This document shows, one piece after another, positions 25,901 to 39,245 of a stretch of DNA of 64,000 nt. Within the stretch, counting starts at the first letter, position 1. The number at the start of each line of letters is the position of its first letter. Below the pieces are notes generated by a model. It was not told the origin of the DNA. It saw only the letters and a program-made list of their open reading frames with translations, and did no database searches. Source of the DNA: Octopus sinensis (taxonomy: Eukaryota); contig NW_021835961.1 of the NCBI RefSeq assembly GCF_006345805.1, forward strand, positions 1 to 64,000. Reading direction: 5' to 3'. Position numbers and translations under genes: made by a program.

Positions 25901-26360
25901 AATTTGAAGACAGAACATAGAGATGGACGAAATACTGTTTAAGCATCTTGCTTGGTGTGCTAACAACGCTGCCAACTTGCCTTAACAACAGCAGCAACAA
26001 CAACAATAATAATAATGATAATAATAATTGTTAAAAATTATCGTAGGTTAACTATATCTCAAATCCAAAAGATTGTGTTAACCAGTATTTCCCACATCCT
26101 TAGAAAAACCCTATCGTTTCTACTAAAGGCACAAAACCTGAAATTTTGCAGGAGTGGGTAAGTCAATGACATCGACCTCAGTCCATACCTGGTACTTATT
26201 TCACCGACCCTGAAAGGATGAAGGGCAAAGTTGACCTTGGTGGAATTTGAACTCAGAACGGGAAGACTGAAAAAATGCTGCTAAGCATTTGCCTGGCATG
26301 CTAATGCTTCTGCCAGCTCTCCACCCTTTAATAATAATAATAATAATGATAATAATAATT

Positions 26361-26880
26361 GGAAGTGTCATCATGTACATTATTTTGTCTTGGTATAAAA
26401 GATGGGCTACAGCAAATATTCTGCTCAATACCACAGATTTGCTTGTCAGTTGTTTGACCATAACCAGTTGAGCATGTCCCTTAGTGGCTGACGATATGTG
26501 CATCTCTGATCACGAGCAGAAGTAGTGGGGGAGCATCATAGCCATGTGTTGAGAGGGATTCTTTGGGGTTTGAATAATTCACCTCTGGAAACATGGGTGG
26601 TTCTTTCAACATCCTTAAACAACCCTTATTCAGGGACCTTTTGAGCGGGATGGGCTACTCAACCTGAAGAAAATTCTAAATGGGCCCCACCCGCAAGGTC
26701 ATGTGCTGTTTATCTTGATATGAGATCACCATGTCGCGCACATATGGTTGTGATGCATGTGCCTGGTGTACCCTTATCAGACGGGTAGTCATGATGGGTA
26801 TATTGGGCTTCGTATATTTTACCCCAGTGTCACTTTGATGGCATGCACTGCTCTCTCACTCAATAATAATAATAATAATA
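26361..26880 (+). mobile_element. Non-LTR retroelement-like 3' segment with (AAT)n tail, copy 1
   Basis: About 500-bp block ending CTCTCTCACTC(AAT)n, flanked by (AAT)n on both sides; second diverged copy at 27177-27757. Confidence 0.6.
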
Positions 26881-27176
26881 ATTCATTCTACTTTAGGCAG
26901 AAGGCCAGCAACTTTTTAAGAGAGAGAGCTAGTTGATTACATAGGGCTCAGTGCTTGACTAATATTTATTTCATTGGCATACCGGGTGAAACGCTTAGCG
27001 GTATTTCATCTGTCTTTACATTTTGAGTACAAATTCCGCCAGGGTTGACTTTACCTTTCATCTTTTCGAGCTTGATAAATTAAGTACAAGTTGTGCACCA
27101 GGGTCGATCTAATCGACTACCCCTCCTCCCCCAAAATTTCGGGCCTTGTGCCTAAACTAGAAAAGAATAATGCCCT

Positions 27177-27757
27177 GTTGTAGTACCAGACACTGGCTCT
27201 CATGGCTTCTGATCTTAATTCATTAGAAGTGTTATCATGTACATTGTTTTTTCTTTGGTATAAAAGATGGGCTACAGCAAATATTCTGCTCAGTATCATA
27301 GATTTGCTTGTCACTTGTTTGACCATAACCAGTTGAGCATTTCCTTTATTGGCTGACAATATGTGCATCTCTGGCCACAAGCAGAAGTAGTTGGGGAGCA
27401 TCATAGCTATGTTAAAATGAATTCTCTGGGAATTTAATAATTTGTTTCTGGAAACATGAGTGTTTTGTTCAACATCCTTAGACAACCCTTATTCAGTGAC
27501 CTTTTGAGTGGGATGGGCTATTTGACATGAGGAAAATTCTAACTGGGCCCTACCTGCAAGGTCATGTGCTGTTTATCTTGATATAAGATCATCATGTTGC
27601 GCACATATAGTTGTGATACATGTGCCTGGTGTACCGTTATCAGACAGGTTGTCATGATGGGTATAATGGGCTTCGTATTTTTTATCCAAGTGTCACTTTG
27701 ATGGCATGCACTGCTCTTTCACTCAATATTAATAATAATAATAATAATAATAATAAT
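27177..27757 (+). mobile_element. Non-LTR retroelement-like 3' segment with (AAT)n tail, copy 2
   Basis: Aligns end to end with 26361-26880 and has an extra ~50 bp at the 5' side. Confidence 0.6.
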
Positions 27758-27995
27758 GTATACGTAAAATACTGTCTGTGTAATCTCAAATTTTAAAACA
27801 AACACAATTTTCTTATGGTTTCTTAAACATTCTCAAGAACAACACTATGTACAAAACCAAATATACGGTACCCTAGGCATAATACCAGCATGAACTTCTA
27901 ACTTGTCTCTTGAGATCGCTGGGTGAGACTTGAAACCTACTTGTACGATTGCAAAGCAAAAGTCAAACATAAAATAATAATAATAATGATGATGA
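27758..27995 (+). mobile_element. Probable R4/Dong-like (REL-endonuclease) LINE 3' end
   Basis: 27760-27783 reads IRKILSV*, resembling the LLGTAxILRKxL C-terminus of these elements; followed by a 3' UTR and (AAT)n, and sits in an (AAT)n run. Confidence 0.5.
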
Positions 27996-28214
27996 TAGCC
28001 ACAAATATGCAATAGAGGTGAGAATTTATATTTTGGAGTCTGAATTTCAAACCTGTAATTTTTAAATTCTGGATATGAGGCGCAGGAGTGGCTGTGTGGT
28101 AAGTAGCTTGTTTACGAACCACATGGTTCTGGGCAAGTGTCTTCTACTATAGCCTCGGGCCGACCAAAGCCTTGTGAGTGGATTTGGTAGATGGAAACTG
28201 AAAGAAGCCCGTCG

Positions 28215-28246
<32 letters not shown>

Positions 28247-31200
28247 TGTGTGTGTTTGTGTTTGTTCCCCTAGCATTGCTTGACAACCGATGCTGGTGTG
28301 TTTATGTCCCCGTTACTTAGCGGTTCAGTAAAATAGACCGATAGAATAAGTACTGGGCTTACAAAAGAATAAGTCCCGGGATCGAGTTGCTCGATTAAAG
28401 GCGGTGCTCCAGCATGGCCACAGTCAAATGACTGAAACAAGTAAAATAGTAAAAGCGTATGTATTATTAATGACTATCTCAAGAGTACAGCTAAACTATC
28501 TAAAGTATACTCCAGAATTATATATGTCATTAAAGCACACATTAAAATGGTGCTATAATCTATGTGTCTCTCTATATATACATATTATCCCAAAACTTAC
28601 TATGTATTTTCACACATAAAAATTCATTCAGTATGCTCAACCATTTGTATCTGAAATGTAGGACAATATTTGTTCTGTGAAATGTTGCCACCCACATATT
28701 GATACATGACACTCCTTTCCTCATGATCTTAGAAAATCTTGTTAATATTTAATATTAAAATAATTTATTGAATTCATACCTTGACCGAATAATTTCAAAA
28801 CACAAATGATTTGCGAATTTCATCTTGAATGAGGTATATTGAATGCAGCATTTCTGTCTGAATTGAATGAATGCCTCACAGAGATACAGGTGTGGCTGTG
28901 TGGTTAAGGTGTTTCCATTGCAACTAGATGGTTTGGGGTTCAGTCCCACTGCGCAGCACTTTTGGCAAGTGTTTTTTTTTACTATAGCTCCCCGTTGACC
29001 AATGTCTCGTGAGTGAATTTTGTAGATGGAAATGTGTGGAAGCCTGTCATGTATATAAGTGTGTGTGTGTTTGTGTTGTCCTCCCACTGTTTGATAACCG
29101 GTGTTGGTTTACTCTTTTACCTGTTTCAGTCATTTGACTGTGGCCATGCTGGAGCACCGCCTTTAGTCGAGCAAATCGACCCCAGGACTTATTCTTTGTA
29201 AGCCTAGTACTTATTCTCTCGGTCTCTTTTGCTGAACTGCTAAGTTACGGGGACATAAACACACCAGCATTGGTTGTCAAGTGATGTTGGGGGGGGAGGG
29301 TCAAACATATACACACATGTACATATATAGATATATATACATATATTCGACGGGCTTCTTTCAGTTTCTGTCTACCAAATCCACTCACAAGGCTTTGGTC
29401 GGCCCGAGGCTATAGTAAAAGACACTTGCTCAAGGTGCCACGCAGTGGGACTGAACCTGGAATCATGTTGCTGGTAAGCAAGCTACTTACCACACAGCCA
29501 CTCCTACGCCTGTAATTTAGCAGATCAGTGAAAGTGACTGATAGAATAAGTATCAAACCTTAAAAAAAAAAAAGGTAATAGTAATAATAATAATAATAAT
29601 ATGTAGCAGGGTCAGTATGTTCAACCAAACCCCTCATAGTGGTACCCCAGCTTGGCCACAGTCCAATGACTGAAGTAAAAAGTGAAAGATAAAGAAAAAA
29701 ACATAATCAGTGAATTGAACTCTATTCAGGGAAACCTCTCAGAATCATTGTTGTTGATGGTAATTGAGGTTACCAAATACTTACATCACAGGAGATGCCC
29801 AACCCATTAATGATACCGGTACAGTAAGAAATGAGGGTGCATGGCCTTTTGGTTAAGGTATTGCACTCACAGTCACAAGATTATGGTTCTGATTCCTAGA
29901 CTGGGCCGTGCATTGTGTTCTTGAGCAAAACTTTTCATTTCATGTTGCTCTGTAATCACTTTGACTTTTGATCTGTAGAGCATGGTGCACCTGTATAGGC
30001 AATTTCATGGAGGAAGTTAGTCAACGTACAACACAAGCATTTGATTCCTATAAACAAATCATCTGTGAAAAGATGTTCAAGAAGAAATTACAGAACCCTT
30101 ATTTGTCATCTATGATAAGAGCCCATAATAGTATGATAAACATTGTACAAGAGTTAGTACTTTTACACATGTATACATCCTCTTGTGAAGGCACAAGACT
30201 CAGTGGTTAGAGCATCGGGTTCACAACCATGAGGTAGTGAGTTCGATTCCTGGACTGGGCTGTGTGTTGAGCAAGACAATGTATTTCATGTTGATCTAGT
30301 TCACTCAGCTGTGGAAATGAGTTGTGCCGTCACTAGTGCCAAGGTGTATTGCCTTTGCCATTCCCTTGGATAAAATCAGTGGCATGGAGAGGGGAGGCTG
30401 GCATGCATAGGAGACTACTTGTCTTCCATAAACAACCTGGACTTATGGCGAGCTGGCAGAATTGTTATCACGCTGGGCGAAATGCGTAGCCATATTTCGT
30501 CTGCTGTTACGTTCTGAGTTCAAATTCTGCCGAGGTCGACTTTGCCTTTCATCCTCTCGGGGTCGATAAATAAAGTACCAGTTTCGCACTGGGTCGATGT
30601 AATCAACTTAATCCCTTTGTCTGCCCTTGTTTGTCCCCTCTATGTTTAGCCCCTTGAGGGCAGTAAAGAAATATATATTTCAGAGGGTAAATTTCTAGGT
30701 GCAAACTGAAGGGGAGTCTTTCTACTTTTACATCTTCTTGATACCTGATGTTAAGATTTTGGATAGGAGCTCTCAGGTACTTTGCTACCAACCTATGATC
30801 ATTTTTATGTTTTTATATCTTCTGTTTAATGAGAGACTGCAATTCAAGTGACTATATATTAAATGATTTTATTAATTCATTAACTAAGGTATAATTGAGG
30901 AAACATTGATGTTAAGGAAATCCTTTACAGTTAGAATGCCTGACTTCTTCATCCGTGATTCAGTGTGAATATTTAAATACTTTTTGTATACCAACATTTT
31001 AAAATTTAAATTTTGATGCTGTTTACTGCTGATTTGCTCATCTTTCTTCAAGCAAATATAACATAGACTAGCTATTTTGACCCATGCTTTGCTTGGGTTT
31101 TGGTGGTGGTGTTGTTTTGTGCGTGTTGTCTCCTTTTCCCTTTCTTCTTTTGTTCGTCTTCTTTGCCTGGTCGCTTTCCAAAATCCCCCAAATTTTTACA

Positions 31201-31974
31201 CCCACAATAAAAGATAACTGCCTGTAGCCCCTGCAGCAACACGAAAAGCCCCCATTATTCAAACAGCACAACCTGTCTATCCCATAAAACTCAATTTTTC
31301 CCATATTCTTCACCATGGCAACCAAACGGTAGCCCCAAGCGACTTGCAACCCTCCTCACACCATTGCCTACCCCATTCCCCCCCCCCCCGTGTAAATTTT
31401 GGCACCAATCCGACCCCATCTACTGCCCCTTAAATCGTTCCCATCCCAAAATGAGACAAATAACCAAGAAATCAAACAACTTTTTCACATTTCAGCTTTA
31501 TAGATATTGATTAAGCTTAGGTGTGACTGCAGAAAGGAGAAATATAAGAATATTCGTGCATTTATAAATAGGAAAGAGTATTTTTTATGTTTTTATAGTA
31601 GTGATAGCATTTGAGATTTTCAGCTTGATTGCATTAACGATTTTGAGGCCAACCCAACTGTAACACCGCACCCCTCTGGTTCTGTGAATCAATGATCTAA
31701 ATTAAAATCTTCCGTTAAATTTCATGTTAATTTATATTCCAAACATCAGCTTAATAGTAACAAAGTTATTTTACTAAATTCTTCATTATTTAAAAAATTA
31801 ATTGCAATTAAAGGCAGTGTATTTCAACAGAAATATTGTAACTAAAGGGTTGACATGCTGATTCCGTTTAATTTAAGCATTTATTAATGGATGAGCTGTT
31901 ATATCACTTCCCCACATATTTTCTATTTTTATATTACTCATAGTTGGTGTGTATGTAGTAGTTTTAATAATGTA

Positions 31975-33493
31975 CTAGCAGTATCGCCCGGCGTTGCTCG
32001 GGTTTATAAGGGAAATAACTATATAAGCATTTTTAGTGAGTTATAGCAAAAAAATGGAATAAAAAACGATGGTAATTTTTTTTAAAATCGTTGACTCATC
32101 GTAGACATTTTTAGAGTGTTACTTCCCTTATATAATAGCGAAAAAATGCATTAAAATGGAAAAAATGATGGTACATTTTTTTTTAAATCGTAGACTCATC
32201 GTAGACGTGCGCTAATACCCAGAAGGGCTCGATATGAATCACGACTATAAGATACCCAGTTTTGGTTAAACTGCACCGCAAAATGTGGGAGTAGTTAGGA
32301 ATCTAAATCGTAGGAGACAGACACACAACTTCACTTTTATATATAATATAAAGATTTGTGCAACAACTAAAACATTCGGTTGTGCAAATTGTTTGCACGG
32401 GAAACCTACCATGTGTGGCGGTTTTTGCCGTTTTTGTGGATCTGTTTCAGCTTTTTTAGCGATTTCTGTTTTGGCGACTTCAAGCCATGAAGTCATTGTT
32501 CTAAAAGAACGCTGGTCTCCTTGACAACGCTTTACAATGTTGATTTCCCTACCCTGCCTTCCCCACAGCTTCACGAGGGAGGGAAGAAGGGGAGGAGCTA
32601 CACAGGTGCAGGTGTGAGCATGAACGCCAACGCCGCCACCGACAAACGAAAAAATTGGAAGAACCTAGACGACAGCTTCAGCCACCACCACCACCACTAC
32701 CACCATGACCACCACCACCACTACGCCCATGACCATCACGAAGACCACCACGACCACCACCATCATCACCACCCCCACCACCACCAACAACAACAACACC
32801 ACCACCACCACCACAAACATGACGAACCACCACCAACAACAACAACAACACCACCACAAACACGACGACCACGACGACCACCATCACCACTACCAGCACC
32901 ACCGCTGCCACCACCACCGCTACCACTACCACCGCCTCCACCACCACCATAATATGCCTCTGCTCTCTCCTTTTGGCTACTAAATCCATTACCATATTTC
33001 ACAAGTACTTTTTAAGTAAAAGTTGTGCAACACCTAAAACATTCGGTTGTGCAAATTCTTTGCACGGGAAACCTTCCCTGTGTGGCGTGTTTCCCAATTT
33101 TGTAGAATTTGCTTTCGGGCTTTCTTAGCCATTTCTGTTTTGGTGTTTTCAAGCCATGAAGTCTTTACGACGTTGATTTCCTTACACTCCCTTCCCCACA
33201 GCTTCACGAGGGAGGGAAGAAGGGGGAGAAGCAACACAGGTGCAAGTGTGAGCATGGATGCCAACTCTGCCGCCAATTAAAAAAATGTGTTAAAATGGAA
33301 AAAAATGATGTTAAATTATTTTTTAAATCGTAGACTCATCGTAGACGCGCGCTAATAGCCAGACGGGCTCGATATGAATCACGACTATAAGATACCCGAA
33401 TTTGGTTAAACTGCACCGCAAAATGTGGGAGTAGTTAGGAATCTAAACCGTAGGAGACAGACACTCACACAACTTCACTTTTATATATATAGA
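31975..33493 (-). mobile_element. Composite non-autonomous Helitron
   Basis: The minus strand starts A|TCTATATATATAAAAG (33493) and ends CCCGAGCAACGCCGGGCGATACTG-CTAG|T (31975), giving a 3' hairpin, CTAG and an AT target. A second internal TC 5' end lies at 32354. Confidence 0.85.
32670..32950. repeat. Imperfect (CAC/CAA/GAC)n trinucleotide repeat
   Basis: Directly visible; all frames are open and give His/Thr/Pro/Val-rich artefact ORFs. Confidence 0.95.
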
Positions 33494-35579
33494 TATATTT
33501 CATCATCATCATCATCTTTAATGCCTGTTTTCCATGCTCGCATGGGTCAGACAGTTTGACAGGAACTGACAAGTGAGAGGACTGCACCAAGTTCCAATGT
33601 TTACTTTGGCATAGTTTCTACAGCTGGATGTCCTTCCTGATGTCAACCACTCCACAGAGTGTACTAGTTGCTATTTACATGGTACCAGCACTAGGAAGGT
33701 TACCAAGTTAGTCATTTGTAATGGACTATTAAGTCCAGTAATTGTAGAACTGAGGTAAGAGGTTTAATACCTTGTTTTGTTGTTTGCTTTTTGTTTTGAA
33801 AAAAAAAAAGAATAATGTTTTAGAGAAGCAGAAGATCGGCAGGTGTCTTTTGCCTTCTCCCATTCATACCATCCTTTTCATCACTCATTTCATTAATGTT
33901 TTTTGTCCAGCCCATGAACTACTCCCTCTGTATACGGCCTTCATGGCCAATAAAATGAAATGAAATAAAGTTAGTCATCCGAGTAGAGGGGAGTAGAACT
34001 GAGGAAAGTAGCTTTATGCCAGATGATGAAATGTTAGAGTATGACTGGAGGACAGGAACAAATACCTTGCAGTTGGGGAGATACATGGTTACCCTAGTTA
34101 GAAGAGAAGGGGGATGGTGGGGGAAGATATGCCAGGGCATACCCTCAGGGCACAAAAACGTGAATAACAAGGAGTGGCATAGGTGACCAGTTAAGTAATA
34201 TATTTTTAGTTTGTTTTTATTTTAATTTTCGGAATTACGGAGATGTACTTGCATAGCAAGTGACATGATGCAGCATGGAATTTTGTCACAGTCTCAAAGC
34301 GACAAAAATATTTTGGTAAATTAAATTTAAATGTCGAAGTGAATCTAATGGATTTTGTTTGTTTTTAAATGGCTTATAAACACCTTCCATGCTGCAATTG
34401 TTTTATTTTGGTGTTCTATGCTAATTTGACAAATTAAACCTGTCTGGCTTACCAATCGTTTGGATACCAACTCACCTGCAACCACCTTTTTAAGTGATCT
34501 GAGGATAAATACAAATATCTTGAAACCGTACAGTCTGGTGGTCCCATCGTCTGTTAGAAGACAGTCAGGGTTCACTCCCCTGCTTGCAGTATGTATCGGG
34601 TGCAAATTGCATTGACAACCAGCTGGAAGGATCTCCTCCTGGGTTAAAAACAGTAGTAACATTTGTTCCTATGGGACAGCCATGTTGAAATAGCAATAAA
34701 CATTACTTCTTAGTATAGTTACTACTTTCATATCTTATAGAGATTTCTAACGAGCTACTTCGATTAAATTAAAATCTTCCATCAAAATTTCATGTTAATT
34801 TATGTTCCAAATACCAGCTTAAAAAGGGCAAAAGCTATTTTGATAAATTCTTCACTATTTCAAAAATTAACTGAAGCAAATGCTGTGTATTTCAACAGAA
34901 ATATGGTAACAAAAGGGTTAATTTATATGCTGTTCAGTTTTCTAAAAAAAAAAAAAAATCGTTTTCATATCACACTATGGGATGAAGTTATATCATTTGT
35001 GTAAAACAGAGTCAGGGCTGACAAGAGAAAAGACTTCAAGTACAACTGCTATTTACAACTGGTTTATTTACAAGAAAGGTGAAGTGTGCTGCTCTCAGCT
35101 ACCATCTTAAGCTCTGATAGTGTGGATGCATTGCCTCTGGAGATAGACAGGCACAAAACCTCAGCCAGTGGTGGTGATCAGCCAGTGCTGCTGTGTAGTG
35201 GCGTCGAAGAAGAGAAATTTGAAGAGAGTTTTCCCTTTATATAGTTTTTTCCACAACTAGCCTCGTTGTGATCTCGTGCATGGCAAATGGATGCAGGTGA
35301 GGTCTCACTCCAGTCTTGGAGATGGCAATGGCTGCTGCAAGATCTCATCCAATATGGCACTGGCTGCTTGTGCTGCTACAAATTAAAAGGAATGCTAAGA
35401 CTGTTTGTGTTTTATTATTTGGAGATGGAGAAACAATGGGTTAAAACCTGCTGAGGATCATAGCAACTGATAATCTTTCCATGGCAAACAAACAACCTGG
35501 AAGGGGACATGGAAGATTTTAAGCTTCTATAGAATAATTTAACCGAATAAAATACCAGTTGAATTCTGGGGTTGATTTA

Positions 35580-35770
35580 ATATAGGGAAAGTTTATGAAA
35601 AAAACAAAAGACAAAGACAGGTGGTGTACAAAACAAACAGATGTATCAGTATAACGCTCAGGAATAGAAAAAGTATTTTACGTTTCAAGCCTACGCTCTT
35701 CTACAGAAAGGGACACAGAAAAAACAAGGAGAGAGAAAAATGTGTGTAGTGGCTAACGATTTATCATGGC
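35580..35770 (-). mobile_element. Solo Penelope-like terminal repeat with degenerate minimal hammerhead
   Basis: The minus strand reads TTT-CTGTAGA-A-GAGC-GTAG-GCTT-GAAA-CGTA-AAA (35709-35676), then TTTCTATTCCTGAGCGT as in the 22.8-kb copy. Confidence 0.55.
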
Positions 35771-36099
35771 GACTGAATTAATAGTCCTCTACTGCAGTGT
35801 TTCACATAGTGAGGGGTATACTGCAAAGACTTAAAAAGATGGTGGGTAAACTGCAAGGTGTGATAAAACTAAGATGGTTTTTAAACTTTTTAAACCTGTC
35901 AAATGCCACAACAAAGAAATAATTACATGGTTGCAAACTCTGTTTTGTCTTTTCATTGATAAACAGTGGGAGGGGCCTAAAGTTTCACTAAGTTCTTTTT
36001 TTCTTTTTCTTTTTTTTTTCTGGTGGGGGGGCCCTGATATTTGTCAGTTTAAGAACCACTACTGTAAAGCATCCTAAAACTGAGTGGAATTTCTACAAT

Positions 36100-37370
36100 T
36101 GAAGAGTTATGATTACTGGGCGGTCAAATATGAAGAGTGAAATCTGGTTTGTATGCACCGGAAAGCATTGCAGACGTTAGAAAGAATAGATTCGACTGTT
36201 AAAATGGCGTCATCATGTGATCCGTATGTTGACAATTTACATGCTTGTTTCCATAACTAATATTTTTGATTTATGTTCTTTATTTTATTTTGCTCCTGAA
36301 ATCGTGTTATTCTATGTTGCATTCATTTCCCCCTACTTTTTTTTTTTTTTTTGGCTACTCACTTGTCAGCCAGTTAAGAGATTCTCAAGTCGAATGTTGT
36401 TATAATGTAAGCAAGTTCTCTGCAGGACAGTTGTCTTTCGGACAGGAATTCTGTTTCGATAGATAAGTAAAAAAGAAGATCATGCAGATAACAGAGTATC
36501 TGACTAAACTGCTTTGTAATTTTTAATTTCTTTTCTAATCTACTGAAATTAGTACGAGCGTCGTCCCATTCGACTAGAATCCTCTCATTGTTTACTTGCG
36601 TTTTCTTGCACTCGTCGACTTGCAGTTGTTGTTTAATAAGAGCATCAACTGCATTGCTCTCAGCAATCTTGAAGAGCTCTCGAGATGGCCATTGACACAA
36701 CAAGTCCTTTCTTCAGACCTAACTATAAAAAAAAAAAAATAATAAAATGCTGTGCTGCGAAAAATTGAATACACTCCTCCTCTTGTGTCCCATCAAACGA
36801 AATCACTTTTGTAGTTAGATGTTTATCACGTCACAAAGTAATAATAATCGTCGTATTATTTTGTTTTTTTTTCCCCGTTCGAAATAAAAATAGTAAATAT
36901 TCGACATTTCTTCTACTGAGTATATTGCAAAAACAACATTTTAGTAAGTTTTAATTCCTTGTTATCTTCATTGTAACTAGTTATTCTTCATCAAAGTAAT
37001 GTGCCGGCTAATGTTGACAGGCCAGCATCAAAGTTTTTTTTTGTAGCATTGTGCAGATGTGCTACCTGCGTAAAACTGGGCGTTAACACGTGTGTGTGCA
37101 TTTCTGCAAAACTGGTGTTCTTACCTGCGTATTTCTGGAGATAATAACAAGTACATTCATGTTTGCTGAATCGCTTTCTTTCTATTTTAAACGCCAGCGA
37201 AATACGTTCCGTCATAAAACACCGATAACGAGGAGGGCGATAGAATTGCATCGTCAATAGAATAATTAGATCTGATCACGTAATTGTCTCGTTTCGATCT
37301 CTTTTATTCATATCAAAAATGAAAAGAAAATCAACAACACACATGTAACCTTTAATATTATAAGAAGATA

Positions 37371-37427
<57 letters not shown>

Positions 37428-38000
37428 TGCAGGCACCATTTAATTAAGTGGCTTGTTTTAAATGAAATATAGATGTCTGTTTAATTGCATAGAAACACAT
37501 GGATATACGTGCATTGAAAATAAGCGGTACTTAAGAAAGCAAATGAAAATTTTAATGAATAACAACTTTCTGGTATTGAATTGTTATGCCTTGCTATTTA
37601 TGTCTATGACGGACACCAAACTCTGCTGCCACGCCTTCTCTGTTTACTGTCGCTTATTACCGAACTCATTGAGTACGTGTGATTTTGTTACTATATATAT
37701 ATATTTATATATACATATATATAAGTGTGTGTGTGGGTGTACCTGTACGTAAGTGTGTACCTGTGTGTGTCTCAGAGACATCTTTCGTCACTAATAACAA
37801 GGCTTGTGGGAGTGAGATCGCCGAGTTAAGCGATAACGTCGTCAAACTACACGGTTGCGTAAGGCCGTATGATTACTTGTTTTATAAACCCACCTGACCA
37901 TTCTGTTGATGCAATAGTAATTGACTACACGGGGTCGCAACTACAAATACAGCTTTGTCTGGTATTAGGGACTCAAGTTTGTACCCGAATTACCCTTGAA
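36100..38000. promoter_or_regulatory. Putative promoter / CpG-retaining region upstream of the TBC gene, possibly bidirectional
   Basis: Non-repetitive sequence with visibly more CpG than the flanks. AAAATGGCGTC at 36201-36211 is YY1-like and also a strong Kozak ATG. First-exon-like donors occur on both strands (36224 +, 37124 -, 37749 +). No TSS data available. Confidence 0.35.
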
Positions 38001-38469
38001 AACTCACTATGTACTTGAGGGCAAGTCTGTTGGTTAGTGTGTTTCCTATTTCGTATATTAATATACTGTTTCCGGCATTATCTTGTTTTTTATGATATAT
38101 TTCTTTACTTTGTTTTAGGTTTTCATTCTGTTTGCGTTCTATGATGACATACTGTGTCGTACAATATTATTTGATAATACAATGTTGTTATGCGATGTTA
38201 TGCCGTGGCGTAATGTTGTAGGTGTATTTAGCCCCGAGTCGGTATTGACCGAGCAAGACCTGTGATCAAAGACGCCTCGGGTGTAACCATCCTGTATTTT
38301 TATACATCAAGAACCATATTATTCAATGTACCCTTCTTTATTTAAAACAGTAAGGTGTACATCGAAAGCGGTTTGGCTACTATTTTTTGTAGGTTGAGTG
38401 ACTGCGTAGAAGCACTAGCGTTTGGTTTTTCAGACAATGGTATTGTAAAATATATATATACAAAAAATT

Positions 38470-39245
38470 GACTGTGTTGCCTGAATGTCAGAATGTATCG
38501 TGTTACTGAATGTCATACTGTACTGTCTGAATGTCATACTGAACTGTGTTATAGTATTATGTCATACTCTCTGTGTTATAATGATATACTATACTTTGTG
38601 CTATATGATGTCATACAGTCTGTGTTACCTGTATGTAATACTGTACTGTGTTGTGTTATATGGTGTCATAACTGTACTGTGATCCCTGGATGTAATACTG
38701 TGCTATGTTGTGTTATATGATCACTTACTGTACTGTGTTGCCTGAATGTTGTACAGTGTGTTGTCTAAATCCTATACTCTATTGTTATATGGTGTCATAC
38801 AGTAGTGCTGTGTTGTCTAAATCCCATACTCTAATGTTATATGGTGTCATACTGTAGTACTGAAGTACTGTGTTTTCTGAATGTTGTGTAGTTTAATGTC
38901 ATACTGCATTGTGTTAGCTAAATAACATATGTACTAAGTTACTGAATGTCGTAGTGTACTATGTTATCAAAATATAAAACCAAATTTTGTTGAGTGAATG
39001 CCATACCAAACAGTGTGGTCCAACTGTCATACCATACTGTGTTATCTGAATATCATACTGTATTGTTTTGTCTATACTGTGATTTATGTATTGTTTTGTC
39101 ATATAGTATGATATCTATTTGTACTAAGATGTTTGTTGTTGGACTTTGTTGTCAGAACATCTTATTGTGCCACATGTAAATGTTATATGGTACTGCATTA
39201 CCTGATTATCATGTTTTGCTATGTTGTGTGAATGTTGTCTGTACT
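38470..39245. repeat. Degenerate minisatellite (units like ACTGTGTTGCCTGAATGTCATACTGT)
   Basis: Recurrent TGTCATACTG / CTGTGTT / GTTATATG words with irregular ~20-30 bp period. Confidence 0.75.

Noticed and set aside
32521-33002. His-rich, Thr-rich, Val-rich and Gly-rich ORFs in overlapping frames
   Set aside because: All arise from one (CAC)n-type repeat inside a Helitron; no splice or homology support.
35099-35243. Protein-like + strand frame (TILSSDSVDALPLEIDRHK...EEEKFEESFPFI*)
   Set aside because: Weak acceptor, no upstream exons found and no recognisable family; it overlaps the minus-strand candidate exon.
36100-36216. Possible C/D snoRNA (ATGATGA box on the minus strand at about 36216-36210)
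   Set aside because: No CTGA D box or terminal stem at a suitable distance.
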